Virus record (IMG/VR): IMGVR_UViG_3300020578_005808
Coordinates: 20,698 to 84,697 of that record
DNA from: a virus
Lineage: Duplodnaviria > Caudoviricetes
Length of the DNA stretch: 64,000 bases
Reading direction: 5' to 3' (one strand)
Below the pieces are notes generated by a model. It had not been told where the DNA came from, searched no databases, and was given only the letters and a program-made list of their open reading frames with translations. Made by a program: the position numbers and the translations under genes. This document shows, in pieces, positions 28,601 to 37,863 of this stretch (position 1 is the first letter of the stretch; each line of letters begins with the position of its first letter).

Positions 28601-31600
28601 TCATTGGAAGATCTGTTCCATCATTTCCAATGGGATTATTGTTAAACAATGCGGAAGCATTAACAGAAGCTTCTTGAGTAGTTGGCAACGCCCCTGAAAC
28701 TATAATATTATAATATCCAGAACCATTTACCGGAAAGTTAGCCAATCCTAAATCAAAATACTGTTGTTTAACATTTGGTATAACAAAAGAAGTGTTATTG
28801 TTAACCGTTTCTGTATTTAGCAATCGATAATTATTGCCACTATCTACTTGATAAATGTTAAAATATTTTGATTTATTATCCCAATTCCAATTTACTTGAA
28901 TGGGTAAAAAATTAACTTTTCGGATAATATCAACAGTTTCAAAAGGAGAATGAAGTTTTTCGTATTTAAAAACTCTAAATTCGTAATCACTATCATCTAG
29001 AAATCTTGAAAGATTAGTTCTAAAAGCTATTAAAGATAAATAATTTGGAGTTGAAGTATCTTTTAACTTGTAAGAATAAGGACTTAAAAAAGAAGAAACA
29101 GACCCAATGGTTCCATTTGTCAATTCTTCAGAATTAGGCATTTCAGACCAAGAGTTGTTAGTTTTCTTTTTGTATTGTAATTTATATTCCCACCCATCAT
29201 TTTGCTCTATCGAATAAGGAAATCCACTATCTCCTAAAATAACTAAATCTTTGACGTAAAAATTATACTTTACTTTAATTATTTTTAATCTTCTTGTTCT
29301 AGAAAAATTATTCACGCCGCCGACAATTAAATTTTCTTTAAATAAATTGCCATCGTCTTGAGTGAAATTTAAAATATAATCATTTTCTACCTCATAATTT
29401 GATTTAGCTTCTTTAATAACTAACGTATTATTTAAAACTCCATCAGCAAAACTATTTACATCGCCTCCCTTAAGAGGTGTTCCTTCGTAATTTTTAGAAG
29501 TTGTAGGGCCATTAGGCAAGTTCAGCAAAATTTCCCCTATTGATTTTTTATCCTCTGGAGCATCTTGGAAAAATCTAGGAACAGTTAATCCAAATGAATC
29601 ATTTGCACCATAATTATCATCATTAATAGGATTTTGTTTGTGAGTAAACCAGCTAGTAGACGAAATAGAAGGAATTGCTGAATAGTTGTATTTTTGTAAA
29701 TTAAAAAATACTTTTGATTCATCAACTAAATTATTACTACCATCAACAACTGAAGTATCAATTGCTCTGTATTCTACACCATTGACTGTTATTAAATAAG
29801 TTTTATGTCCAAGACCTTTTTTAATAAATTTTAAAACAGCTGCTTTACTTAGTGAAGTAGATGCAGTTTCAGCGTTTTTAACATTAGCTTTTACTAAAGT
29901 TAATAAATCTGTATTGAGAGTATATTCATATAAATGATAAGAATAATCTCTTTCATTTTGATCCGGTATAGAAATTGTATTATTTTGTAATCCATTCCAA
30001 GCAACAAAATCAGACAACCCATTATAAGAGAAAGCGCTTCCAGTTACATACTCCAATCGATACATTTGATTAGCATTAAGCTTTGTATCTGTAGAGTATA
30101 CTGTACCATAAGAATCTCCTGTTCCATATGTTAAAACGGAGTCTCCATTTGAGTTCGTTCTTGAAATAAAACTATCAAAAATTATGTTTTCCTGATAATC
30201 GTGAGACTTAAAGTAAAAAACACCCTTATCATCTCTTGCTGCAAAATCTTTATCAAAAACTTGAACTGCATATAATTTTTCCTGAGGAGTGTCAGATAAT
30301 TCAACATTAGCAAAAGAATTAAAACCTGTATCTAAAATATTATTTAATAAACCTATTTGATCTTTATCGTAACTTTCTACATAAATCTCTCTTTCTACAA
30401 AAACAATTGGTGTTTTTTCCCCTTGAGGATCTTGAGAAATAAAATCTCCAGAACCTTTACTTACTAAACCATAAGCATTTCCTAAAGCTTTAGATAAAGC
30501 AACTCGTCTTGCATTTACAGAATCAGTTGGGAAAATATCGCAAGATGAAATATAATTTTTTACATAATAATAATTTAAATTATCAGCCCATCGATCAGTA
30601 GTTATATAATTAGATTTAGTAATAACTCCATTTGCAGGAATTGCTGTATCAATTCCATTCAAGAAATATATCCCATCGATATAAGGCATGCTAGCGTAAA
30701 TAGCAGTATCCCCAACACACAGACCTGTTTTATTAATGTAAACACCACCGCAAGTAGAATTAACTATTGTTCTATAAAATTTATCATTATATTCGTCAAT
30801 ATAATAGCCAAGCTGGCCATAACCATCTCCATAATAAATATAATTAATATTACTATTATAAGAATTTAAAGGCAAAGCTATGTAATTTTCTCCAGAATTT
30901 AAATAGTTAGAGTAATAACTTTCTTCCACTGATTCTTTGGGCAATGGTAAAACAGGAAGAGTAAATTTTTCAATTATTCCCTGAGAATTAGAATTATTTA
31001 AATCTTGAATTTCCTTATCATCAACCCATCTTCTTGTTACATCATCAGAATTTAAAGACCCTAAGCTTGGATTTGAGAATGGATCATCTTGTAAAAGTTG
31101 ATTCATTAAATCTAATCTACTACTAACATCTTGCTTCAGATTTTTAACTAAATTACTTTCGTCGCCATAATCTACATTCGCCGCAGCTTCTTGAGCATAT
31201 TCCTCGCTGTAAATTAAATCATCAACATTGGCTAATTCTAAAAGTTGATTTGTATTTAATTTTGAATAAGGCAGAACTCGGGGGTAAACTCCTGAATCTG
31301 TTGTAACATGATATACTATTGCTGAAGATCCGTTTCCTGTGTCAACTCCTGTTAAAAGGTAACCTATAACATCTGCCTTTGAAGTAGCGTTGTATCTATC
31401 TAGGCTAAAAGATAATCTATAAATATCAGAAAAATTTCCTGTTGGCAATATTCTAAAATTAAACTCATCTTCGTTATCTTTAACGCTTCTAAATAATTCT
31501 ATTCCTGTAATTGTTGAATCATTAATTGGTCTTATTACAGATTGATTGTCTTCTAAATTATCAAAAACCCCTTTTGGAAAAACTAATTTATCTAAAGTAT

Positions 31601-32390
31601 TAAATTGATAAGAAACTCTAGAAGCAGCTACAGAAGAAACTTCATCTTGAAATTGAGAATAATCAATAAGTATTTTCCCATCTTCAGTAACCTCAGGAAT
31701 ATAATAAGATCCAAGGGGATTGCTTTTTCTACAAATTCGATATTTTATTCTTGTTCCATCTTCTATCGTTACGGAAGGTTCAAAAAGAGAAATATTTTGA
31801 ACCTCAGAATTATTTTCATCATCATATAAAAATTTATATCTTGTAGCGACCTCATTGGAATATCCAGAATATTGATAGTCATAATATCCATATTCTCTAT
31901 CAGTATTATTCGAATTTACTGAAATATTTGTTTGAATCCAATCTTCCCCTGACAAATTTAAAACTTCATAATCACCAACAATAGACTTGGTTAAACCAGT
32001 AATTTCTTGTTTTCTATATAATTTACCAGCGTTATCCATATCTGGCATTATAATTAATGGTTTATAACCACTTACAAAAGAAGTACTAATGTCTGCTGCT
32101 ATTTGTGTATCTGCGTAATTTTCAACTCCTTTAGTTCCTGAAGTTAGAAAAAATCTAGCGTCAGGATATTTCCCATCAAAATTGTAAAAAGAAAATACTT
32201 TTCCAGTTATTACATAATCAACAGTGGTGATGTCTTGTATTATTGGTCTTGGATAAATATATCCATTAGGAGAGGAGTTAAGATTATCAAAAACTGTAGC
32301 CCAAAGGCCAAAAACATATAAATCAAAATCAACATTAGGATCGTTTAAAATTCCAGTAACAAAAGACTTATTTTGATCTAAAACACTCAT
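22689..32390 (-). CDS. Giant (3233 aa) tail fibre/receptor-binding-like protein with degenerate beta-sandwich repeats
   Basis: Uninterrupted 9.7-kb ORF in the tail operon with recurring F-x-[FVI]-x-N-x-[ST]-x3-[LI] segments. Confidence 0.6.
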   Translation of the reverse strand: MSVLDQNKSFVTGILNDPNVDFDLYVFGLWATVFDNLNSSPNGYIYPRPIIQDITTVDYVITGKVFSFYNFDGKYPDARFFLTSGTKGVENYADTQIAADISTSFVSGYKPLIIMPDMDNAGKLYRKQEITGLTKSIVGDYEVLNLSGEDWIQTNISVNSNNTDREYGYYDYQYSGYSNEVATRYKFLYDDENNSEVQNISLFEPSVTIEDGTRIKYRICRKSNPLGSYYIPEVTEDGKILIDYSQFQDEVSSVAASRVSYQFNTLDKLVFPKGVFDNLEDNQSVIRPINDSTITGIELFRSVKDNEDEFNFRILPTGNFSDIYRLSFSLDRYNATSKADVIGYLLTGVDTGNGSSAIVYHVTTDSGVYPRVLPYSKLNTNQLLELANVDDLIYSEEYAQEAAANVDYGDESNLVKNLKQDVSSRLDLMNQLLQDDPFSNPSLGSLNSDDVTRRWVDDKEIQDLNNSNSQGIIEKFTLPVLPLPKESVEESYYSNYLNSGENYIALPLNSYNSNINYIYYGDGYGQLGYYIDEYNDKFYRTIVNSTCGGVYINKTGLCVGDTAIYASMPYIDGIYFLNGIDTAIPANGVITKSNYITTDRWADNLNYYYVKNYISSCDIFPTDSVNARRVALSKALGNAYGLVSKGSGDFISQDPQGEKTPIVFVEREIYVESYDKDQIGLLNNILDTGFNSFANVELSDTPQEKLYAVQVFDKDFAARDDKGVFYFKSHDYQENIIFDSFISRTNSNGDSVLTYGTGDSYGTVYSTDTKLNANQMYRLEYVTGSAFSYNGLSDFVAWNGLQNNTISIPDQNERDYSYHLYEYTLNTDLLTLVKANVKNAETASTSLSKAAVLKFIKKGLGHKTYLITVNGVEYRAIDTSVVDGSNNLVDESKVFFNLQKYNYSAIPSISSTSWFTHKQNPINDDNYGANDSFGLTVPRFFQDAPEDKKSIGEILLNLPNGPTTSKNYEGTPLKGGDVNSFADGVLNNTLVIKEAKSNYEVENDYILNFTQDDGNLFKENLIVGGVNNFSRTRRLKIIKVKYNFYVKDLVILGDSGFPYSIEQNDGWEYKLQYKKKTNNSWSEMPNSEELTNGTIGSVSSFLSPYSYKLKDTSTPNYLSLIAFRTNLSRFLDDSDYEFRVFKYEKLHSPFETVDIIRKVNFLPIQVNWNWDNKSKYFNIYQVDSGNNYRLLNTETVNNNTSFVIPNVKQQYFDLGLANFPVNGSGYYNIIVSGALPTTQEASVNASALFNNNPIGNDGTDLPMTVNTIQNTNYESGYNLLAGATYSSLIQFDNKESKQSGFTINSNYSGYYFITDGKSASITSAFDGLEFYVANTGASSCSLSDSVNGGSTSISSNYVGVVANYPSKTTSAISSLPSLTAEVEDGGFLYLTANASVNPGDFSLGVLKTFTATIINDSSSSITISYNSASISIAANQTKKIDFSNGWNSSYNPTVVENTSYNNVECQVSYISSDEDLVNFNHSLLELKPKSYSNLGIYNFSKEPLSINGDVDLDADSFNLVSWDGSAAAPTVNKKNYFDSIKVFLKGTENEPNNIFVLKDDTEIIISHFGADNSNQQPVEYFFLKDDSINRSLNLKIKNGTNEYFLPRGSEDFKLTITKDSKGVISEKILFPSNDFSTVITDDKEQLIVVKTPSSKIDVGYIESALKSTSFVYFINKSTTPLEFSRNLTQTVFSLANNKIARVVLEKGSGRASIVEISEAYNHLFFNIDPSIYLTGASGINLLNLKFCSTELEIPAASNFADSGTFLINKNRFAPNLIQNIAVKQDQDLLENKLIKGNSKILKLYRKNSSDTIPTLARLEVDQINLNSVFGEKTSSVFGYYDSDSTFHEFDVFYIRDTGLNNLTVSDFYNREGSYNGKVICSTPRNLQLLSFDENKETPVFDKGDSFDFKFDQGTSPDGSIIFDKTDGDIQIFNEQNQNNALKTITELKAGHLCANFSYDRVRLSSEAVDLCKNRIINNSLVTNPIYNNEEFFIASSKEEVARDYYVDNEDSYFYRITYATDVNSIILPDANGIASKFVFLNSGSRPIDLKLISSTGKIITLEPNDNKTLSVSASTWNYANYNPASDGEIPIEGGLSVAYENQNFEIEENHIFKSLWQNQGYSKSSQSISDSITQAFTPLEKVEKTFINLDDLNYSIIDLGEDLTIDSKTNSEASGEPFIFCFGRKGPDLQISENISYILNDFYLYLKCSSGGESNDQTILLKEHVWGNEFARRKTNDLPKKPNIITRTHVDIGSFFEGKYQKINIEDLGGLLLIPFYRECVTFYLPNLKASVSVNENRFTLGELLEDKKFVFVNLVKNNTNSPNQIYNYSDTTTNTNLTEVNSVCIFYVYLNGANYEWKKQTVALPKVQNCFAELKNLKGISLESCSNVTSGNEFVYLPNLNTFKISLDSFENKQFQNFYVYNSCNYPLSVIFNNSSVLKLSSSSAPFNRVSFNGSSFTINPIVYNASTNFIESEILQVPKSDQLVGIANVSFPKPAENSYLKLNYYQSDIRSQRFFSLLKAKDGLWSPVDIESAQNYAFLNLFDLETYDSNSKLFIYGSSIRNQNGYVFDQCELRLTGCDIINDSFFFFNNTLGILKIYFDDSTYSLSLDPLRLAVIYKESGVLKFKYCESHQTSKFYISYRNKNTNFLLDKNISLFVDSCQTIDVRSLSIIENENDNIASDVLLTLHSGKFASCYFNHSFLTNLTPDFLPGVNFINSLSVYSFPTISYFGSRDWYSSPVALLKPTYKLTSHGHYIITNQESTVSLTPYSNNTFLVNNTASDILVKTPDYNVSLYHNTVLVINNSSFRYLKKAKNKDECYAVFNPKTLISTQREVSLVLGIEQHQEILPVSNIDFVQTQSYLKLYSKNNQTETVFLNFENYYKGAEIPNDCPQNILAYELGIGHETIYKFLFFDPSSNYYTLPGIKEGTEYMVEINEGLFYNLFLGDKINDSTISFGSVRYMGKTYYNGQSFIGGKSFWYEIDYPNYVRVSKVVREIPEGFIADPKSQIEEGLADLTIIETENSDKLAGFKDFIFSNIGSSLSLKYGEVASLCWIPDSQNAFWLESNFNKDIWSIQTIYPDSTVKLTFQENGETKELSFVKCAFKKGILKSPILNYGYTFYSALQEKLVMSDTGEITTAFDYGLTPSQKNKFKSSVINKYYVDDYLYSDKAFVFGSLPRNSLLQIDTETPSQLKTSTFDITISLEKMSSMPTLNVEDFNNDSAVQILNQDYE

Positions 32391-32391
32391 G

Positions 32392-35300
32392 TTAATATTT
32401 TGATTCGAATTGAGCCCTTAAAACAGTTTGATGATCCGCTGGCATATCATAAACGCTACGCATCAAATCTTCAAATAAATAATCTCCCACGGCTGAATCA
32501 TACCCTCCGGGCAAATCCATACCAGTTAACCCTTCATTAATAATAGCAATCATTTGATCTGGAGATAATTCAGTATCTCTATTTATAAAGCCATTACACA
32601 TAGCTCTTAAATAGTATTCCATTTGATTATAATGATCCGAATACATTACTGTTTGAGGCGCAACCCTAGGAATAAGCTTGGTAAAATAAAATCTAGGATA
32701 GCAGCAGCCGAATGGTCTTTGCTTGCTCCAAAATTGATTATTATCTAAAGCAACATCTCCTATTATACCCCTAGGACAAGATCTTTTAGTAATTATATGT
32801 AAAATATAATCTATAACAGCAGACTCGTCACTCCTAAATTGAAACGCATTAGCTTTATTTATATAATCATTTAAATTTTCACTTACTTTACCACTAAATT
32901 GAGGCACTTGACCATTAATATCACTAGGACTTAATCTTGAATTTAACGTAACTTTAATAATTTCACAATTAGGGTCATAAGGATTTACTCTAACTGCAGA
33001 TTCTATATAATAAGGGGGAGTGTAGACTGGGCAGCTTAAAGCAAATCTTGGAGCGTAAAGAGGATCTGAATTTCCCGCTTTAGAAATATTAGTATTAGCA
33101 CTTTCAATATAAGTATAACCCGGCGGAGCTTCTACAACCAATGGAATATCGTTTGCTCTACTAGTAACATTAGCTAAATGTTTTTTTACATTTTTAGAAG
33201 TGAATCGATTATTTTCCAAAGCATCACTAGAGGTTAAACAACGACCATTTAAAGCGCCCATGATGTCACCATACATTTCTGGCTTCCAAGCGGAAGAATT
33301 AGACCAATGATATAAATTATAAGATAAAAACATGGTCCATTCGTTTGTTATATTACCATTAGCATATTGTTCGTGCTTTCCGTCAGGAGCAATTTTACTT
33401 TTCGGTTTATCAAACTGAGCGTTGTAAGAAGTAATTCCTTCTAATTCATAAACACCTATCGATGGCGAAGATGTGTATGAAACATAATAAAAATCACCAC
33501 CTAGGAATTTTTGACCGTGAACGTATTTCTTAACCTCTTTTTGAGCGCTTTTATATAAAATGAAATTGTTTGGATCTTTCGCCGAATCTAACACTATATA
33601 CCAATTACCTTTTATAATAGGAATAAATTGCTCAGTTTTAGAACCAATTATATTACGATTTCCAACTGGAGTAATAGATGGACCTAAACCTCTAAATATA
33701 TCCACACCAGTATTTTTCATCCCATAAGCAAATCTAGAAAAATATAAAACAGATTTGCCATTTTCAACTTCATAATCAACTAAATTTACCCTATCAGCTA
33801 ATTTAATAATACTTGATATAAATTTTCTAGTAGACTCATAAACAGGATTAGCGCTTACGAAAGCGTCATTTTGATATAATATAGAATCAGGTCTTAAAGT
33901 ATAAGCTACTCCAAATTTGTAATAATTGCTGAAAACTTTTTTACACATGTCCCCATTAAAATGACCTACGGGATCTAATGTTCCGATGTCTCTTCCTTGT
34001 CCCTCCGTAGTCGCCACTCTCATCATCACGTAAGCGTCTGCTACGGTAGGCTTCATTTCAAACACATGAGCTAATTTTAAAAAGATAGAAAATTGATTAA
34101 GTTGATAAGTCGGAGATCCACCGTTTATAGAATCAGAAATTAATTTTCCCACATTTAAAAAACCATCATTTTCTGAAGAGGTAGATCTAACCTTAAAAGT
34201 AACTTTACCCTTTACTGGATATTCAAAATAATAAATTTTGTTATATTGAAAAACTTGATATTGATTACTAGAAGCTGTAATTCCATTATTAATTGCTCCA
34301 GTTCTGTTATTTACAATATAACGAGACTCGTTACCAACAGAAATGCCAACATAAAATTTACCGTCAACATAAATATCAATCGATAATCCTTTTAATAATT
34401 CTGGACCTTCGGATAAAAAAGTAGAAGCAATATCGGAAGTCTGAATAAACAAAGCTGCCAAACAAAATTTGTTGTCAGATCCTTTGGGATTAGTATCAAA
34501 AATATAATTGTCTCCATTTTTAAACGTGAATCCATCATTTGGATTATCAGCTACAGCATTTATCGAATTTAAACATTTAACATAGTTAAAGCCAGTAGGG
34601 TTTTTTAATGGCGCGGACCAAACAAAACTTTGAGTTTCTGGAAATAATTCTGGATAGCCAATGTTATCATATTTAATTACATTGTTTCCAAGTTTATCTT
34701 TTTTTATTTGACCGTTTTGATCCAGTTCAAATTTGGGATTTGCATAATTAGGAGCCAAAATAAATTGTTTAGCAAAAAAAGTCTCATAATTAAATCCATG
34801 ATCTGTTACATTTGGAAATACTTTATTGTGTCGCGCCCTTTGATCTTCGGTTCCTCTGAAGTAGGATAAGTAATAAAACATTGCTTGATCCACTTGATCT
34901 TTAACTGCGTTTTTCTTTCTAAATACTCCTCCTTTTCCATTTACATCTGGAACGTAACTTGGAGCATATCTTCCCATTGAAGCAGTTTCCATTACAAAAC
35001 GTAAATGTTTTCTAGCAGCACCAGCGATCCCTAAAGAAAGTAACTGTAAAGTTTTTTCTTTTACTATTCCATTAGAATCAACATATTTATAATTAGGAAG
35101 AAAAGCGCAACATCCCCTTTGAATTTCAGAATCTTGCCAAACTTGATTTAATCTGGGATGCCCACTAGAAGTTTTCAGAACTCCTTCGGCAGCAGTTGTT
35201 TTAGGAAATTTTACCTCTAATCCTGTTAATCTAACTCCTTCCGACCAGTAACCGTGAATTCTTTCTTTTGTTTCGTCTGTAATTCCATTGACTTGTTTTA

Positions 35301-35640
35301 CTTTACTATTATTACCAAAAAGCCAAGCCATGAATGGGTTAGCTACATTTGCTCCCTGAGGTTCTCCTGCTGGAGCTTCAGGCCAACTAAATTTACCAAA
35401 CATCATTTTGGGCTCTAAATAAGCGTAAAACTTAAACCACTCATCTTGAGCTGGATAATTATCTCCATCTGGATTTCTCATACCCCTAAACATCGAGTAT
35501 GCGTAATAAAAAATTCTCCAAGCGCAATCTCCAACTCCAGAAAGAATTCTAGAATTAAAAGCGTCAGCCAAGCGATTATGATCTTTAGCGAGCGGCCTTG
35601 TTTTTTGAACAACTAAATTAGCATTAGTAATTTTAATCAT
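32392..35640 (-). CDS. Large virion structural protein
   Basis: 1082 aa, coupled to its neighbours. N-terminal HNRLADAFNSRILSG; shares a module with the 3233-aa protein. Confidence 0.55.
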   Translation of the reverse strand: MIKITNANLVVQKTRPLAKDHNRLADAFNSRILSGVGDCAWRIFYYAYSMFRGMRNPDGDNYPAQDEWFKFYAYLEPKMMFGKFSWPEAPAGEPQGANVANPFMAWLFGNNSKVKQVNGITDETKERIHGYWSEGVRLTGLEVKFPKTTAAEGVLKTSSGHPRLNQVWQDSEIQRGCCAFLPNYKYVDSNGIVKEKTLQLLSLGIAGAARKHLRFVMETASMGRYAPSYVPDVNGKGGVFRKKNAVKDQVDQAMFYYLSYFRGTEDQRARHNKVFPNVTDHGFNYETFFAKQFILAPNYANPKFELDQNGQIKKDKLGNNVIKYDNIGYPELFPETQSFVWSAPLKNPTGFNYVKCLNSINAVADNPNDGFTFKNGDNYIFDTNPKGSDNKFCLAALFIQTSDIASTFLSEGPELLKGLSIDIYVDGKFYVGISVGNESRYIVNNRTGAINNGITASSNQYQVFQYNKIYYFEYPVKGKVTFKVRSTSSENDGFLNVGKLISDSINGGSPTYQLNQFSIFLKLAHVFEMKPTVADAYVMMRVATTEGQGRDIGTLDPVGHFNGDMCKKVFSNYYKFGVAYTLRPDSILYQNDAFVSANPVYESTRKFISSIIKLADRVNLVDYEVENGKSVLYFSRFAYGMKNTGVDIFRGLGPSITPVGNRNIIGSKTEQFIPIIKGNWYIVLDSAKDPNNFILYKSAQKEVKKYVHGQKFLGGDFYYVSYTSSPSIGVYELEGITSYNAQFDKPKSKIAPDGKHEQYANGNITNEWTMFLSYNLYHWSNSSAWKPEMYGDIMGALNGRCLTSSDALENNRFTSKNVKKHLANVTSRANDIPLVVEAPPGYTYIESANTNISKAGNSDPLYAPRFALSCPVYTPPYYIESAVRVNPYDPNCEIIKVTLNSRLSPSDINGQVPQFSGKVSENLNDYINKANAFQFRSDESAVIDYILHIITKRSCPRGIIGDVALDNNQFWSKQRPFGCCYPRFYFTKLIPRVAPQTVMYSDHYNQMEYYLRAMCNGFINRDTELSPDQMIAIINEGLTGMDLPGGYDSAVGDYLFEDLMRSVYDMPADHQTVLRAQFESKY

Positions 35641-35641
35641 T

Positions 35642-36193
35642 TTAACTCCATACTCCTATGCCGCCTGATCCACCAGTTGATTCTCTAAATCTAGATCTCC
35701 CTTTGATATTTGTGTCTCTAAATACAAGAGTTTTATTTTTTGAGACTACGGGGCTTGAAACTCCATTTATAGTTTGGAGAGTTAAAATAGACTCATAAGA
35801 TGCTGAAGCTCTAATTTTTTCTCCATAACGATAAGGAGATGATAATTTACTTGGAGACATATTAATAAAGTCTTCAGGCATTTTTACGATACTAAATTTT
35901 AAACCTCTAGAAACAGCATTAGCTGTTTTAAAAGTATCTTTATTTAATAATACTGGAGTATTAACGCATAAAATTTTACCAGTGGCATAGTTAATAAAGT
36001 TATATCCAAATTCCCCAGAAGGATTATTTATTTGACTAGCAATTTTATTTTTTAAAGCAGTATATTCAACGGGGATAGAATCAAAACCGAAAGCACTTTG
36101 AGAACCATTAAAATTAAAAATATATAAATCTACATAACTAGATCTAAACGGAGAATTTTTAATAGGTTGAATTTGATTGGTTCTATTATTCAT
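35642..36193 (-). CDS. Hypothetical structural-module protein
   Basis: 183-aa ORF coupled to its neighbours, ending in GGSGGIGVWS. Confidence 0.6.
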   Translation of the reverse strand: MNNRTNQIQPIKNSPFRSSYVDLYIFNFNGSQSAFGFDSIPVEYTALKNKIASQINNPSGEFGYNFINYATGKILCVNTPVLLNKDTFKTANAVSRGLKFSIVKMPEDFINMSPSKLSSPYRYGEKIRASASYESILTLQTINGVSSPVVSKNKTLVFRDTNIKGRSRFRESTGGSGGIGVWS

Positions 36194-37863
36194 TATCGAA
36201 CTCCTGTTATATATTGATTTATTAAATTATTATCAATTCCGCTAATTGTTAATTTAGCTACCAACGGATTTATATCGTAAGTTGTATTGTAAGATACTTT
36301 TAAATTAATTGGAGAATCAAAATAAGAAAAATTATCAGATCTTAAATATCCGCTTACAGATGTATAATTATAAGATTTAAAGCTCCTATAATCACTATTA
36401 ATTCCAGTAAATAAATCATAACAACCAGTAAAAGATTTAGTATAACTCAAAAAGTCCGCATTTCCAGAAGCCAAAGTAGGAGTAGTATTATTAATTATAC
36501 CAGTACCCCCAGAAAAAATTATTGCTGGCGCAGATGTATATCCAGATCCAAAAAAAGTTAATTCAACAGAACTCACTTGATCGAAATCGCTTGTTGTCGT
36601 TCCTAAATAAGCAATACCGGCAGCTAAAGCATTGGGATTATAATAAAAAAACTGCCCTCCTCCAGTATTTGTTATGTCTAATACTGTTCCGCCCCTACCA
36701 GTTGAAACAGTAAACAGTTCTGGATCACCCGGAAAAGTAGTTTTGACATAATAAATAGTATTAGATTTTATTGGATTAGGCAAAGCTATCCCTGATTTAG
36801 CATAAAAAGAAATAGGATCTCCAGTTGCTAAATTAAAAGCAATACTATCTGATCTCACCAATCTTTCGTTAGAAATATCCAATATGCTAACTTTTTGATG
36901 ATCAAATCCACCGCTAAAAATTATCGTTGGCGTCGTTAAGTATCCATTGCCGCCACTAGCTACACTAACATTATAAACTAAACCATAATATCCCGTTTGA
37001 CCTGATACATAAGACAAGGATACAGAAATTGGTAATGAGGAAGGCTCCAATGAAGTATAATTTGTAGCATATGAATAGAAAAATTCATTTTCCGCAATCT
37101 TCACAGACCCTGTTTCTTCGGAAGGATTAATTATAGCATTAACCCAATCGTTAGATGGAGTTGTATTTTCTTCTGTTTGATTAAAATTAAAAATATAATC
37201 TAAAAACGGTTTTTCCACTCCCGTAATTAAAAAATCATTTTCGTAAACTCCAGCATTTGTATCTAATGTAAACGAAGTAATGAATTTATTAACTGCTGGA
37301 TCTTTTTGTTTTATTATTGTTTGACCGCTTGTATTGGTAGTTATATATCCAGTTGGCAAACTTAAAAACTCAAAAGAAGATAAATCCTCAAAAAAACCTG
37401 TGAAAACTTTGATTCCACTAATACTATTAGTTGTTAAATAACCAGTTATGTTTTGACCAGTTATAAAAGTGGAAGGCGAAGATAATTGCAAAGTTGGTTT
37501 TTCACTTTTAATTAATATTGAAGCATCGATAGAAACACCAGAAGGATCTATAAAAAAATTATCTACAAAAAAATTATCCTTCAATCCAGAATAAGTTACT
37601 ACTTCATTATTTATTGAATAGTCATAAGCTGATCCAGAAAAATTAGTAAATAAAGTGAATAAATCATTTGGAATGTATGAAGAAAAATATCGATTTTGAT
37701 TATCTAAAATTCTTCCACTAATAAAAGAAAATCCATATGTTTTTTCATTTCCACTGAAACCAATCCTTGCTGAACCAGTAACATTAGAAAATGATAAATC
37801 AAAAGATGCAGAAAATGCATTATTTCTCACCAAACCTCGATATTTCAGTCCGGAAACAATCAT
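36193..37863 (-). CDS. Tail/baseplate protein with two V-x-V-x2-[GS]G-x-GY-x3-P-x-I-x-FSGG repeats
   Basis: VSVASGGNGYLTTPTIIFSGG and VELTFFGSGYTSAPAIIFSGG flank a small beta domain (PISF...NTIYYVK). Confidence 0.6.
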   Translation of the reverse strand: MIVSGLKYRGLVRNNAFSASFDLSFSNVTGSARIGFSGNEKTYGFSFISGRILDNQNRYFSSYIPNDLFTLFTNFSGSAYDYSINNEVVTYSGLKDNFFVDNFFIDPSGVSIDASILIKSEKPTLQLSSPSTFITGQNITGYLTTNSISGIKVFTGFFEDLSSFEFLSLPTGYITTNTSGQTIIKQKDPAVNKFITSFTLDTNAGVYENDFLITGVEKPFLDYIFNFNQTEENTTPSNDWVNAIINPSEETGSVKIAENEFFYSYATNYTSLEPSSLPISVSLSYVSGQTGYYGLVYNVSVASGGNGYLTTPTIIFSGGFDHQKVSILDISNERLVRSDSIAFNLATGDPISFYAKSGIALPNPIKSNTIYYVKTTFPGDPELFTVSTGRGGTVLDITNTGGGQFFYYNPNALAAGIAYLGTTTSDFDQVSSVELTFFGSGYTSAPAIIFSGGTGIINNTTPTLASGNADFLSYTKSFTGCYDLFTGINSDYRSFKSYNYTSVSGYLRSDNFSYFDSPINLKVSYNTTYDINPLVAKLTISGIDNNLINQYITGVR

